57,142 nt of DNA from Batkoa obscura (lineage: Eukaryota). The translations under genes and the position numbers were made by a program. Location: assembly GCA_030770535.1 (NCBI GenBank), contig JASVEC010000103.1, positions 1 to 57,142 on the forward strand. Direction: 5' to 3'. The notes under the pieces are model-generated. The model was not told the origin of the DNA and did not search any database. It saw only the letters and a program-made list of their open reading frames with translations. Below, in pieces: positions 40,101 to 51,349 of this stretch; position 1 is the stretch's first letter, and each line of letters opens with the position of its first letter.

Positions 40101-43100
40101 GATCATTGAGTACCAAAGTTTGATGGGTTTCAGCAAGCCCCAACTCCCATGGTAATCCAGCATATTTAATACCTGTCCATCTAGATGCACCTGTACCACC
40201 ATCATGTCCAGAAATTAAGATATGGTCAGCTTTTGCTTTAGCAACTCCAGAGGCAACAATCCCTACTCCAACTTCCGAAACAAGCTTAACTGAAACCCTT
40301 GCCCTTGGATTGGAAGTCTTTAAATCATAAATGAGTTGCTTGAGATCTTCGATAGAATAAATGTCGTGATGAGGTGGGGGGCTAATAAGACCAACACCAG
40401 CAGTAGATTTACGCGTTTTAGCAATATTCTCAGATACCTTGTGTCCTGGAAGTTCACCTCCTTCACCTGGTTTTGCTCCCTGCGCCATCTTGATTTGAAG
40501 CTCATCTGCATTTGTTAAGTAAAAGCTAGTAACTCCGAACCTTCCAGATGCAACTTGTTTAATAGCAGAACGTAAGTTTTTACCATCAACTAATCCAGAG
40601 GCTCTTTGTGGGTCTTCACCTCCTTCTCCAGTATTACTTTTGCCTCCAAGCTCATTCATGGCAGCAGCAAGAGTGGAATGTGCTTCCATAGAAATAGAAC
40701 CATAACTCATAGCACCAGTACAAAATCTTTTTACAATTTTGTCCCAAGGCTCAACTTCATCAATTGGAATTCCTTTACTTTTTTCAAAATCGAAATCAAG
40801 TAACCCTCTTAGTGTACAGTTACGGATTGAATCATGGCATGCTTTTGCATACTCATCATAAGCATTTTTATTTTTATTGCGTACAGCGTCTTGAAGTTTA
40901 GCAACAGTCACAGGCTCGTTGATATGTTTTTGGCCACCTTTACGCCAATGATATTCTCCTACTTCTGGAAGACCTTTGATATTCTCTGTATATCTAGTAG
41001 GATAGGCAGCTTCGTGAAGTCGAATAGCATCTTGCGCAAGCATTTCAAAAGTAGAACCCTTAATTCTAGAAGCGGTACCATTAAAACATTTTTCAATAAC
41101 TTCCTCACTAATACCAAGAGCCTCAAAAATTTGAGCTCCTTTATAGGATTGTAAAGTAGATATACCCATCTTTGACATGACTTTCAATATACCATTACTG
41201 GAAGCTTTTTTGTAATTTTTTATTAACACTTGGCCATCGATTTCTTCTTCCAGTAAACCATCTCTTTTTAATTTAAGGATCGCTTCAAGAGCAAGGTAAG
41301 GGCATATAGCATCTGCACCATATCCTAAAAGTACACAAAAATGATGTACTTCTCTTGCTTCACCAGTTTCAACTACCAAAGCAACTTTAGATCTTAATTT
41401 ATTACTAATAAGATGTTGATGAACAGCACCTGAAGCTATAAGAGAACTAATAGGAATATTGTCTACATCAGCTTCGTTATCTGATAAGACAATTACTTTA
41501 ACGCCTTCATTTATTGCTTCGACTGCGCTTTCGCATAACTCGTTAAGTTTCTCTAGATAGCCTGAAGGCCCTAATTCCTTTTTGAAAGTTATTGAAAGAG
41601 TTTTTACCGACCAATCAGCTACGTACTTTGAAATATTCTTAATTGAAGCAAGCTCATCAATATCAATTATTGGAGATGGAAGCGTCATTCTATGACACTG
41701 CGATTCCTCAATTTCTAAGATATTTCCCTCTGGTCCAATATAACATTCCAAAGACATGACAATTTCTTCACGAATTGGATCAATGGGTGGGTTAGTTACC
41801 TGGGCAAAGAGCTGGCGGAAATATTCATAAATTGGCCTTACTTGAGTAGAAAGGCAAGCTAAGGCGTTATCGTTACCCATAGAACCCAATGCTTCCTTTC
41901 CTTCTTTTATCATTGGTAAAATAAGGAAATTTATTTGCTCCAATGTAAAGCCAAATACAGTCATTCTTGGATCTCTTGCAACAGAAACAGGATCTAACAC
42001 GTAAGCTCTAGTAGGACTATTTTCTAAAGTCACTGCTTTGAGCTCTTCTAAACTAAGCATTTGGTTGTCAATCCATTTACCAAAGTCTTCGCGTTCTGCT
42101 ACCTTGCTTTTAAGCTCGGTATCATCAACAATACGCCCTTCAACAGTATCCACTAAGAGCATTCTACCAGGCTGCAAACGTCCTTTTTTTATAACAGTGG
42201 CTGGGTCAATAGTTATAGTACCTACTTCAGAAGCGCAAACTATTCTATCACCTTCAAGGACATAATAGCGACATGGTCTGAGACCATTTCTATCTAAGCT
42301 TGCACCAATATAACGACCATCAGAAAAGGTAAACAGGGCAGGTCCATCCCATGGTTCCATCAAACAAGCAGCCCATTTATAGAACGCTTTCTTTTTTGGG
42401 TCCATGTTTGGATTATTTTGCCATGCTTCTGGCGCCATTATCATTACTACTTCTGGAAGAGAAAATTTACCGTTCATTAATAAAAGCTCTAAAACATTAT
42501 CAAAAGCTGCGGAATCAGAACCATCTGGTTCAATAATTGGGTATAGTTTTTCAAGGTCTTTACCAAAAAAAGTGCTTTTCATAATACCTTCTCTGGCTCG
42601 CATCCAGTTTTTATTTCCTCGTAATGTGTTAATTTCTCCATTATGAGCACAGAACCTTAACGGTTGAGCACGATTCCAGCTTGGAAAAGTATTTGTGGAG
42701 AATCTAGAATGGACTAAAGCAAAATGAGCAGTATAACGGTGATTTCCCAAATCTAAAAAGTATTTATAAACTTGAATAGGGGATAACTGACCCTTATAAG
42801 TTATGTTTTCTGTAGCTAACGAACAAATATAAAACCATTCTTTTAATGTAATATTATGAGAGGATACTTTTCGAAGCAAATAAAGCTTCTTTGTAAAAGT
42901 TTTAGAATCAAAAGTTTTATCATTTAAAGTAATAAATGGTTGAAGAATTTTAGGTTCTCTTGAAAGAGATACGGGTCCTAAAATTGAACTATCTACTGGT
43001 ACCTCACGCCAACATAGTACGTTAAGGTCAAAAGAGGTAGCAATCTTTTCAAAGCGTGCCTTTTGATCATCGATAGTATTTGGGTTAAAAAATAAATTAC

Positions 43101-43413
43101 CAGTTGCATACTGACCAGGTGGTGGAAGCTTAACCCCTAATATATCAGCTTCTTTATTGAAGAACTCATATGGCATTGAAGTCATTACACCAGCACCATC
43201 ACCATCACGAAAATCAGCACCAGTAGCACCTCTATGGGTCATATTGCATAAAATAACGCTAGCGTCGCTTACTATTTTATGGCTTGGTATTCCTTTAATA
43301 TGTGCAGCAAATCCCACGCCGCAAGCATCTTTTTCTAAAGAGGGGTCATACAAACCTTGTTTTGGTGGTAAGCTCTCGGCCCAGCTTTGGTTTTTATTAA
43401 TAGTAGAAGGCAT
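37129..43413 (-). CDS. GLT1: NADH-dependent glutamate synthase (GOGAT), 2094 aa, single exon
   Basis: ACGVGF Ntn-amidotransferase start, HSRFSTNT, FMN domain (QGAKPGEGG), 3Fe-4S Cys cluster, fused beta-subunit with RCMDCGVPFC and GSGPAG. Confidence 0.98.
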   Translation of the reverse strand: MPSTINKNQSWAESLPPKQGLYDPSLEKDACGVGFAAHIKGIPSHKIVSDASVILCNMTHRGATGADFRDGDGAGVMTSMPYEFFNKEADILGVKLPPPGQYATGNLFFNPNTIDDQKARFEKIATSFDLNVLCWREVPVDSSILGPVSLSREPKILQPFITLNDKTFDSKTFTKKLYLLRKVSSHNITLKEWFYICSLATENITYKGQLSPIQVYKYFLDLGNHRYTAHFALVHSRFSTNTFPSWNRAQPLRFCAHNGEINTLRGNKNWMRAREGIMKSTFFGKDLEKLYPIIEPDGSDSAAFDNVLELLLMNGKFSLPEVVMIMAPEAWQNNPNMDPKKKAFYKWAACLMEPWDGPALFTFSDGRYIGASLDRNGLRPCRYYVLEGDRIVCASEVGTITIDPATVIKKGRLQPGRMLLVDTVEGRIVDDTELKSKVAEREDFGKWIDNQMLSLEELKAVTLENSPTRAYVLDPVSVARDPRMTVFGFTLEQINFLILPMIKEGKEALGSMGNDNALACLSTQVRPIYEYFRQLFAQVTNPPIDPIREEIVMSLECYIGPEGNILEIEESQCHRMTLPSPIIDIDELASIKNISKYVADWSVKTLSITFKKELGPSGYLEKLNELCESAVEAINEGVKVIVLSDNEADVDNIPISSLIASGAVHQHLISNKLRSKVALVVETGEAREVHHFCVLLGYGADAICPYLALEAILKLKRDGLLEEEIDGQVLIKNYKKASSNGILKVMSKMGISTLQSYKGAQIFEALGISEEVIEKCFNGTASRIKGSTFEMLAQDAIRLHEAAYPTRYTENIKGLPEVGEYHWRKGGQKHINEPVTVAKLQDAVRNKNKNAYDEYAKACHDSIRNCTLRGLLDFDFEKSKGIPIDEVEPWDKIVKRFCTGAMSYGSISMEAHSTLAAAMNELGGKSNTGEGGEDPQRASGLVDGKNLRSAIKQVASGRFGVTSFYLTNADELQIKMAQGAKPGEGGELPGHKVSENIAKTRKSTAGVGLISPPPHHDIYSIEDLKQLIYDLKTSNPRARVSVKLVSEVGVGIVASGVAKAKADHILISGHDGGTGASRWTGIKYAGLPWELGLAETHQTLVLNDLRGRVVLQTDGQIKTGRDVALACLLGAEEWGFATTPLIAMGCTMMRKCHLNTCPVGIATQDPELRAKFTGLPEHVINFFYYVAEELREIMAKLGLRTINEMVGRCEKLKLNLPFENRKAASLDLSSILVPAYKLRPGAATYCVRKQDHKLHTRLDNKLIAEAELAITNKEPITIDTEIVNTDRTLGSTLSYQISKLHGEEGLPNGTVHVFLKGSAGQSFGAFLAPGVTLELQGDANDYVGKGLSGGIIAIYPPKASKFKANENIIVGNVCLYGATSGSAFISGVAAERFAVRNSGATAVIEGVGDHGCEYMTGGRVVILGNVGRNFAAGMSGGIAYVLNRDKVLSENCNKEMVHLESVEDKQDISELKELIYQHYIKTGSEIAKEVYHSFDANLSQFIKVMPIDYKLALKKKEEEAKQVKTNGHVNGHTNGHINGDAKLEENRSKNLHQHKAIGDIEDVTPDEELIEKKLKLADKVRGFIKYKRRGDHYREPNSRLKDWNEVNHRLKPSELKVQSARCMDCGVPFCQSDTGCPIGNIIPKWNDLVFKGKWREALDRLMMTNNFPEFTGRVCPAPCEGACVLGINSSPVSIKSIECAIIDKGFEENWIVAKAPKFRTGKKVAIIGSGPAGLAAADQLNKAGHLVTVYDRNDRAGGLLMYGIPNMKLDKKIVQRRLDLLEEEGIQFVLNTEVGTHVSFGELQGNNDAVLMATGATWPRDLNIPNRQSNGIYFAMDFLQKNTSALLNSQFKDSDSYISAKDKNVIVIGGGDTGCDCIGTSVRHGAKSIVNFELLPEPPAQRGNDNPWPQFPRVFKVDYGHEEVQKQYSRDPREYCILSKEFVTDENGNVKGINTVRVQWEKDSNGRWKMQEIERSEKFFEADLVLLAMGFLGPESKVVKEAGLDTTQASNISTPKDQYATSVKGVFAAGDCRRGQSLIVWGINEGRQAAREIDHYLIGNTKLPVSGGLVELEFNSLEANSVSNPIQNKIEVLA

Positions 43414-43812
43414 TTTATATAACTAATAATAACACAGTTTAGTAACTTTTTATTTTTATTTTTGAAAGTAGGATAATGGTTAAAGATAAATAGAATGAAA
43501 TAAAAGTTTGGATTATGACTTTTTTTAGCTTTTATAGTATTGAGGTCAAGCATAAACTTATGCATTTTGTTTCATCATAAATTCTTTGATTGGATTTAGC
43601 AACATGTTTAAAATAAGTATATTAAATTGTTGATATTTGTTAAATTAGATATAAACTATCAAATAACGTATGTTTTGTTACCTTTTATGATATAAATTAA
43701 ATAAATCGAATTATATGTTAGTTAGAATCTCTCTACTTTAAGCCATATTTATATCCCCATACTTGATGATTTTAATCTTTATCAATTTCTTAAATCTTCA
43801 ATTAAAATATAT

Positions 43813-44318
43813 GTGACTATTTTGATTAGATAACAAGATGAAAATAATCTAATCAAGTAGAAATTATATTTGACATTTGATAAATAAACTTAGGATAGCA
43901 GTCACGCTATTGTTTAAGGTGGTTAAGCATGAACATTATTGGCCCAAGTTGTTATAAATTAAATCACATTTTAAAGTTAAAGTAAAAAAATTATTTTATT
44001 CTAATTGCATAAATGTAAAAGACCCGAATTCATTTTAAGCAAAGTGGAGGAAAAAACTTTTCAAATGACAAAGCTTATCAATAAATTATTTTTTGATTTC
44101 ATTTGACATCATCAGGATATCTAGGAACTCTTACTAAAAAAGGCAAAATGGTATTTTAAATTTAAAATCATGTTGTGAACAATCTGTTACCTCTCTTTAT
44201 CATTCATTTTATTTAATAATATTCTTATTCATTTTATTATCATAATGTTAAGAGTCACTATTATTCATAATGGAAAAGTTAACAGAAAAGTTAGTAAAAT
44301 ATTTTTTTGGATGTGACT
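43813..44318. promoter_or_regulatory. Cluster of GTGACT (Gcn4/CpcA-like) motifs upstream of GLT1
   Basis: GTGACT or its complement at 43813, 43900, 44253 (full TGACTC) and 44313; several GATAA nearby. Confidence 0.35.
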
Positions 44319-45280
44319 TCCGTCGCTCATAGTTTTAAAAGTCAAACCTTTAATTCCTTAAAAAAACTAAGCCTCCTTATTTTTTATCAATTTTGATAAA
44401 GAATTGAAAGCGACAATAAGTATAAAGAAAATTTAAGTTTATAATGAGACTTATAAGAACTTACTTTGCTCTTCTAAACTTTCATGTCTGTTTGTATATT
44501 AATTAGTAATACCTAGTAAAATAAACCATTATATAGTCCGTTCTTAGCATGTTCTGGTTTGGTTTTAAATGCTAGTCTTATTTTTATCAAACTGATAAGA
44601 GATTATTCTATTTTTGAAGAAAGATAAGAAAATGTATCTGAAAATGTATCTAAAAATGTCATGGTCTATATAAAATTTATTTAATACAAAATCAAATGAT
44701 GAATATTTTGTAAATACTACTATACGATAAGCTTTAGAATTTCATGTGGGTTTAACAATTGTTATAAATTATTTAAAGTAAGCTTACTTCAATATTTTTA
44801 CAATAATTTATAACAAGGCATTTAAACAAATTTCAACTAGAAATGTCACTATTAAAAGCTTTACTATCTTCAAAACGGATTTTAATAACGAAGTGAATTT
44901 TAAGTATACTTTGTAAAGTAATAGCTGGTAATAGGCATTTTCTTGAATATTTTTGTCAAATTCCTGGGTTGACTAACTTACATATATTTATAACGTTGTC
45001 GTACTCATTGTAGTAATAACCTTTAGAGGTTAGCTCATGGATTTGGGATGATAAGTGTATTATGGAATCTAATAGTACGATTTAATTCTATTTAGGACAA
45101 AATGATCGTGATTTTTGTACGAAAATCAGAGGACAATGTTACTCTATAATTTTCAAGTTCATAGGCTTGAGATTAAATAGATAATTTGTACTTCTTGAAT
45201 TCTTTTAGGGCACCTTGGATCAATTCATTAATTTTTTTACTAGACTATTTTTGTAAGTATCTTATCCATAAATAAAAGAC

Positions 45281-45308
45281 AAAATTTTAAACAAAGAAAC
45301 ACGTCCCC
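45281..45308 (+). mobile_element. Partial MITE (right end only)
   Basis: AAAATTTTAAACAAAGAAACACGTCCCC followed by ATAT. Confidence 0.55.
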
Positions 45309-46178
45309 ATATATATTTCACTTTAACCAAGTTGTTACTCTACCATAAGAAGATCGGAAGCCATATTTTAATGTTGGTTTTAATTCACTGCCATCAATAA
45401 ATGGATAAATATCCTACACAGTTATAACAGCATTTTTCGATTCTCTTACTTTTTTAGAAATATATATTAATATTTGATTTATGTTTAAATTGTACACATT
45501 GAATTAATTTCACTCAAATTTTTATCACTAAACTTTGTATAACCACAAAAAAAATCAACAATTTCCTACAAATTTTCTTTCTATATTGTATAGCTTTTAT
45601 TTGAAGCATTTACTTGATTTCTGTTTACTCTTCTCATTCTAGTCAGACAATCTATATACATAAAGGTACCTACATTTGATAACTGAAAAAACATTATGAA
45701 ATAAATAATATAATACCAATAATATTCAACAATCAAGAGTGTCTTAATTCATCATTTCATAATTGATTAGAATTATTAGATTTATAACCAAAAGGTATAC
45801 TGAGCTCATTATCTAGACATCTAAAGATTTTATTAAATATTTGGAGTACCATCAACTTTAATGAAGATCTATTACTACTTTTTAGTATAGTTTTCAAGCA
45901 TCTTTTGGCTAGCTAAAAGTCTTCAGGGTCAATATTATTACAATATACTTTTATGAAGTAATTAAAGAGTTAACTTGGCTCTACTCTATTTATTGTTACT
46001 GATGGCATAATTAATTTGTTTGAGGAACTACTAGTAACAAACAAAAAGGAGTTAGATTGAGCTCTATTACATTTTAACAGTTTATTGAATCTTAATACTT
46101 CATACTCAATTTGTTCTAGAAAATTATCTTTCCCTTTTTGAATAATTAGCTTTTCTCCTTTTCTTCTTTCCATCAAAT

Positions 46179-46277
46179 GGGAATGTCTTTTTTGGCTCCA
46201 TGACTTTTTCCATTTTTCAAGTGCTACTTAAGCCGAAAATTTGTTGTTAAAATCCTTAAACATAAAAATAAATCCCT
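46179..46277 (+). mobile_element. MITE copy
   Basis: GGGAATGTCTTTTTTGGCTCCATG..AAATCCCT; flanks AAAT/ATAT. Confidence 0.85.
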
Positions 46278-46473
46278 ATATGTTTAATATATAATACCCT
46301 CTTTGCTTTTTGGAATACAAATATCATACATTTCAATCAATTCCCTATCAAGCGCTACCTGGTTTCATGAGGAAGATTATTAATGTCGTGAAATAATTTG
46401 CTAACCACAAACTCTGAAGAATCTATCTGTTTTCCTCCATTCGTTCGATAAAACAATCTCAGTTATTATATAT

Positions 46474-46552
46474 GGATATGTTTGAAGTTTTAATGACAGC
46501 TATTTGAGCGGAAAGGCCATTGGTAAAATTCTTAACAAAAAAATGCATTTAC
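46474..46552 (+). mobile_element. MITE copy (internally deleted, degenerate)
   Basis: GCTATTTGAGCGGAAA..GTAAAATTCTTAAC; shares ATAT 46553-46556 with the next copy. Confidence 0.7.
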
Positions 46553-46556
46553 ATAT

Positions 46557-46654
46557 GGGGATGTTTTTTTGACTTCATTACTTTTTCCATTTTTTAAGCG
46601 CCATTTGAGTGGGAAAGCTATTAATAAAATTTTTAAACACAAAAATACACCCCC
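46557..46654 (+). mobile_element. MITE copy
   Basis: Near-consensus; ATAT flanks. Confidence 0.9.
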
Positions 46655-47295
46655 ATATTCTAACAAAAAATAAAGGTTGAATAAAACTAAAATATTTATG
46701 AGAATCAATAATTATTAAAAATCAGATTTTTATATATAATCCACTCGACACACAATTTGTTGATTTGATTTGTTTGATTTATAGCTATAATCATGTAACA
46801 TTTATGTTTTTTCATTCAGGCTTTGCTTAAAGTGTAAACAATGCGATATCGAGAATCAGCACTTTAGTAACCAGATTAATTCCATTAATCAATATAGGAT
46901 ATCATTTAACTTTTAATAACTCTCTAAGATATATTATTGCTATGATCTAGTTTGTAAATCCATTTTTATTTAAGCTATGAGCTAAAATACTGGATCCCTT
47001 CACTTTTCGATAATATTTTTTAAAAGTAACATAATGTTGGTAAACAAGCTGATTTTTTCAAGTAGCCTTAGTTGCCTTAAATTTCTCATCAAGATGAAAC
47101 TTTACGATACTTTTAAATATACTATATAAGAATGTTATTTTATTATGATTTCGTATTTTCTATATAACATAAAGCTTAAGAAACTATCACTTGAGTTTTA
47201 AACAAAAAGTATAATTATTTTTATTTATTTAAATCAGAGTAAAGTTTTTTTTGGTTTTACATGTATTTAATAATTAGCTAATAATTTAATTATAT

Positions 47296-47393
47296 GTGGA
47301 TGTTTTTTTCTGTTTAAGAATTTTGTTAACAATTTTTCCACTCAAATAGTGTTTAAAAAAATGGAAAAATAATGAAATCAAAAAAACATCCCC
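47296..47393 (-). mobile_element. MITE copy
   Basis: Reverse orientation; ATAT flanks. Confidence 0.88.
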
Positions 47394-47482
47394 ATATGAT
47401 GATACATTTATTATAGAAATCAATAGTTTATGATTTATTATATAAAAAATAAAACTATTTAAAAAAAAAAGTATTACTATTT

Positions 47483-47581
47483 GGGGCTGTTTTTTTTGGC
47501 TTCATTACTTTTTCTATCTTTTAAGCACTATTTGAATGGAGAATTTGTTAGTAAAATTCTTAAACATAAAAATACATCCCC
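47483..47581 (+). mobile_element. MITE copy
   Basis: Consensus match flanked by the direct repeat ATTT/ATTT. Confidence 0.9.
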
Positions 47582-47682
47582 ATTTATTTAAATTAAATTA
47601 ATATTTTCCATTTTTATTTAAAATATTCAAAAAAAGTCATAATATTAAATGCTATAAAAAGTTTAAAGCATTTTAAATATAT

Positions 47683-47780
47683 GGGAGTGTTTTTTTGGTT
47701 TCATTATTTTTTCCATCTTTTAAGCGCTATTTGAGCGGAAAATTTGTTAGTAAAATTCTTAAACACAAAAATACATCCCC
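47683..47780 (+). mobile_element. MITE copy
   Basis: Near-consensus; ATAT flanks. Confidence 0.9.
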
Positions 47781-48553
47781 ATATACTATAAACAAACATT
47801 ACAAATTTATTAAAATCAGATAGCGATATTAACATGCTTTTTAATAGTTTTATTTTTGTTGTGTTCACAATGTTAGTTTGCAATATTTCGAAAAAGTAAT
47901 AAGGAAAACCTTTACTTTAATTATAACTAAATAAAGATTCTTTCATAAAATATTAGAGTTTTCACTAAATATTTCATATTGCTTATCTATGTAACATCAA
48001 TTAGTTTTATACTTAAAATAATAACTATTAAAGAACGATTTATTGTAAACTTTACAATTTGAATTATATTTCATTTAAATCATCATTGATATAGGAATAA
48101 CAATAAGCATTAATATATCATGTTAGTTTAAACTTAGATCTTAAAACTCTTAATAAGATAAAATTTATAACAGATGTAAAATCAAGGGTAGAATTTAGGC
48201 TGTAATAATAATGTTTTCATAGTAAATAATAATCAAATAGTATTTTTATTATAGAAGTATAAACCCAGAGAGGCTAGAATGGAGAAATTCTCGGGGTATT
48301 GTTAGAACACTAAAGTCACCTCCCTAGAAAATTATCCTTATTAAACAAGGAATAGTAATTATAGATAAATTAAAAACCATAATTAGAAATTCGCTTTAAT
48401 TTAACCGTTTTATCTTTTACTTTAAACCATAACAGCCTTTAATTATTTTAATAAATTGATGAAAAAGCATTTATGAAACATGGAAAAATAGAACAATGTA
48501 TTCTTAAAACTAATTAATATACATTTTTATTGAATTATACAGTTAATCGAAAA

Positions 48554-49204
48554 TTAATATAAAGAAATAGGAAGGTGACAAAATAAGTCTTTAGCAATGT
48601 CAAGGTAATAATAATTAGTGTAGCTTAATTTCTTTTCTTTTAGTAATAAAAGAACTTTCCTAGTCATATTTCTTATGCGATGTAAGTAGTTTGGTAATTC
48701 TTCGTTTAGTTTAATATTAGGGGTGTAATGTAAAACTAGAAGGGCCATGATTAAGAGAGGGAGCATATGGTATGGTTCGTTACTATTTTTCTTTAAAAAA
48801 TCCAAATCATGAGTACATATTATGGTAGTTATGTTTGTGTTAGGGATCAAATAAAATTTGTTAATAAGCATTTGATCCAAGGGACTTGTTCCAGTATAAA
48901 TATCATCTTTAGATTGATAATATTTCATGTATGGGTAGATATCTCCAAATACTCGACAAAAGTATATGAACAAAGCATTAGATTTCCCTAGCTCGCTATT
49001 GATTTCGTTGTAGTAACTTAAAAGGATGTTGTGTCGTCTCTGGAAGTCATTATAGAGCTCATTTGTATAATCATAGGCCGGATTTTTGGTATCGACTTCA
49101 CTTACGCAAATAATTTTTTTATCTGGCCGGGCCCAATTATCACTATCCTCTTCTCTTTTATAAGCTGTATTTGCCTTGGGCTCTAAGGCAGTAGTAGTAC
49201 TCAT
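48554..49204 (-). CDS. Hypothetical 216-aa protein; probable divergent N-terminal-only member of the TF middle-homology-like family
   Basis: Clean ORF with A-rich start context. KNSNEPYHMLPLLIMALLVLHYTPN resembles TKNEPNILSYALIAVLSRFTLPHN, and IRNMTRKVLL resembles VRNARKELIV. Confidence 0.6.
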   Translation of the reverse strand: MSTTTALEPKANTAYKREEDSDNWARPDKKIICVSEVDTKNPAYDYTNELYNDFQRRHNILLSYYNEINSELGKSNALFIYFCRVFGDIYPYMKYYQSKDDIYTGTSPLDQMLINKFYLIPNTNITTIICTHDLDFLKKNSNEPYHMLPLLIMALLVLHYTPNIKLNEELPNYLHRIRNMTRKVLLLLKEKKLSYTNYYYLDIAKDLFCHLPISLY

Positions 49205-51255
49205 ATAAATAAATAAAAAGTATAAAACAAAAGTTATAAAAAAGCGCTTTATATACCTGGGGTTGCCAATTCAATTATTTATATATTAAGAAAATCACAT
49301 TTATAGCAGGATTTTTGTAGGCTAAATAGTTAAATTGGACAGGTTTACTATTTTTATTCGCACATAATTTGGCCTTCTAAGCAATATATTAATAAAAACT
49401 GTACTAAAATTCAATACAGAAGAAAGGGTAAATTGTCATACAACTCTGATTAAACTTACCTTAAATAGAGAGCAGCACTATATTAGTTCAGGTGTAAATC
49501 AAACTCGAATATTCAGATCAAAGCAACAGAAATATAACCTTATAGGAATAGAATTCAGATGTTGTAAAACCATACCAAATGGTATCAATTTAAGTTGATT
49601 CAAACCTTATTCTTTAACTGAATGTAAATAAAACTATTTGATGATGAAATAAACTTTGACTTAATTTATTAAATACATATTACTATTTGGGAGATTGAAG
49701 AGGCTTTTAGAGATAAAATCATCTTGAGCTTAATCTAAGATGTTTAATAGTATAAATAACAGCTAAAATTAAGCGTTACTATGATATAAATACTAGAGGA
49801 ATGTTTTAAAAGAACTGATTTGACCAAAATGGAAAGTGACGCTCAACCTTTTGCAAAAAATGATTAAATTTGACATTATTTGTACTATATCGGTAATTAA
49901 AAGACAACCAATAAGCCTAAGGGGCAACCTTGTTTCTAAAAATGGGAATTTACGTGAATAATTTTAATGAATTGTTAAATTAAATTTAAAGAATTTTACT
50001 ATTCAAACTATTTCTGGGATCATTAAACTAATAAACAAGTATAAAATAAATATAATAAACGGCTGTTGTTATTTTGAGCAATAGACAACACTTATTAAGC
50101 TTTTATATTCATTTTCAAATAGTAAAGAAGTACATGAAGCGAATATAAATTATAAAAACTGATGTCTAGTAACTGCTTTATAAAATAAAGAATATATAAG
50201 TCTTCGCCTAAATTGCCAAAAGTATCATTTATCTCATGTTAATTTTGCAAAAAAATAGGCATGTTCATTTATGATCTAACTTATTGCTTTTATTTTCCCT
50301 ATAACCATAGATATTCTGATTCCTTTAAAGGGGATTAATGAGCAAAAAATAATAATTAACTCAAATTTACTTTCTAAGGAGCCCGCGGTCTGGATGCACT
50401 GTAGGTGTTTTTCTTATAACTTCTCATTAAATAGAAATATTATTTTTTAAATCATATGATTTAAATATATTATCACGTACGTTAGATTGATTAAAAAAGT
50501 GCCACTAAAGTAAATAAATTAAAAAGTATAGATACTTCTAAAAATAATTTAATAAGATAAAGCTCATGAAGAACTCCTTTTTGTAAGTATTGTCAATAAT
50601 ACTTCATGTATTAAAAGCATTGCATCTTTGACTGAAAGTGTCTGGACTCTTTTTTAAATTTCTTAAAATTTATATAACAAACTTGATATCCATAAGAGTA
50701 AAATAAAATATTTTAAGTTCCTGTAATGATTTATTTACAACTGATGTTAAATAGATCCTTCTTATCCTGGTTCTAAAATTAAATTTGAAATAAAAAGAAC
50801 TAATAAAGTAATATCCTAAACTCAAATCAATTAAAGCGTATATATTATAATGATAGATAAAAAAAATGAGTTATGGTATATATTTTAAAAAAATAAGTGA
50901 GTTTTTCGGTTTTTTCGTATGCTAAAAGTAACCTACTTTATTCAAATAATTGATAGACATTACAGAGCATTTACTATAACACATGGATTAACAAAACGCA
51001 AGAAAGGACTAAGAGTTCAAAAGTAGTTTATTAATTGTGATTTAATATCGGTTAATAAGAAATAGGATTAATGCAAAAAACAAAAACAAATCATCTGGTT
51101 CTTTTAATACATTAAAGTGATATATTTCATCCAGATTTAAAAAACTATATAAAATGCTTGATAAGTTTTTTTTAGAAAGTTATGAAAATTCCATAGCTGT
51201 TCAAAGCATTGTTTTAGAAACATTAGTTGATTGTATACGAATGCAATCTATATAC

Positions 51256-51349
51256 AGGGATTTTTTTTTGGTTTCATCACTTTTTCCATTTTTTAAGCGC
51301 TATTTGAGCGGAAAGATTGTTAGTAAAATCCTTAAAAAAATACACACTC
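51256..51349 (+). mobile_element. MITE copy
   Basis: TTTCATCACTTTTTCCATTTTTTAAGCGCTATTTGAGCGGAAAGATTGTTAG core. Confidence 0.85.

Larger units (their letters stand above)
44950..46460 (-). pseudogene. Decayed member of the TF middle-homology-like superfamily (relic R5), with two MITE insertions
   Basis: IDSSEFVVSKLF.., FNKLLKC.., IDPEDF*LA..KSSNRSSLKLMVLQ.., collinear with R1 and R4. Confidence 0.65.

Noticed and set aside
37501..43565. Short ORFs antisense to or overlapping GLT1
   Set aside because: Shadow ORFs of a long, more GC-rich coding sequence with no recognisable motifs
46179..47780. Clustered repeats as a CRISPR-like array
   Set aside because: Units are ~98 bp, irregularly spaced, in both orientations, with TIRs and TSDs; the context is eukaryotic and there are no cas genes
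50375..50410. GC-rich stretch GGAGCCCGCGGTCTGGATGCACTGTAGG
   Set aside because: Too short and isolated; no structure or second copy seen
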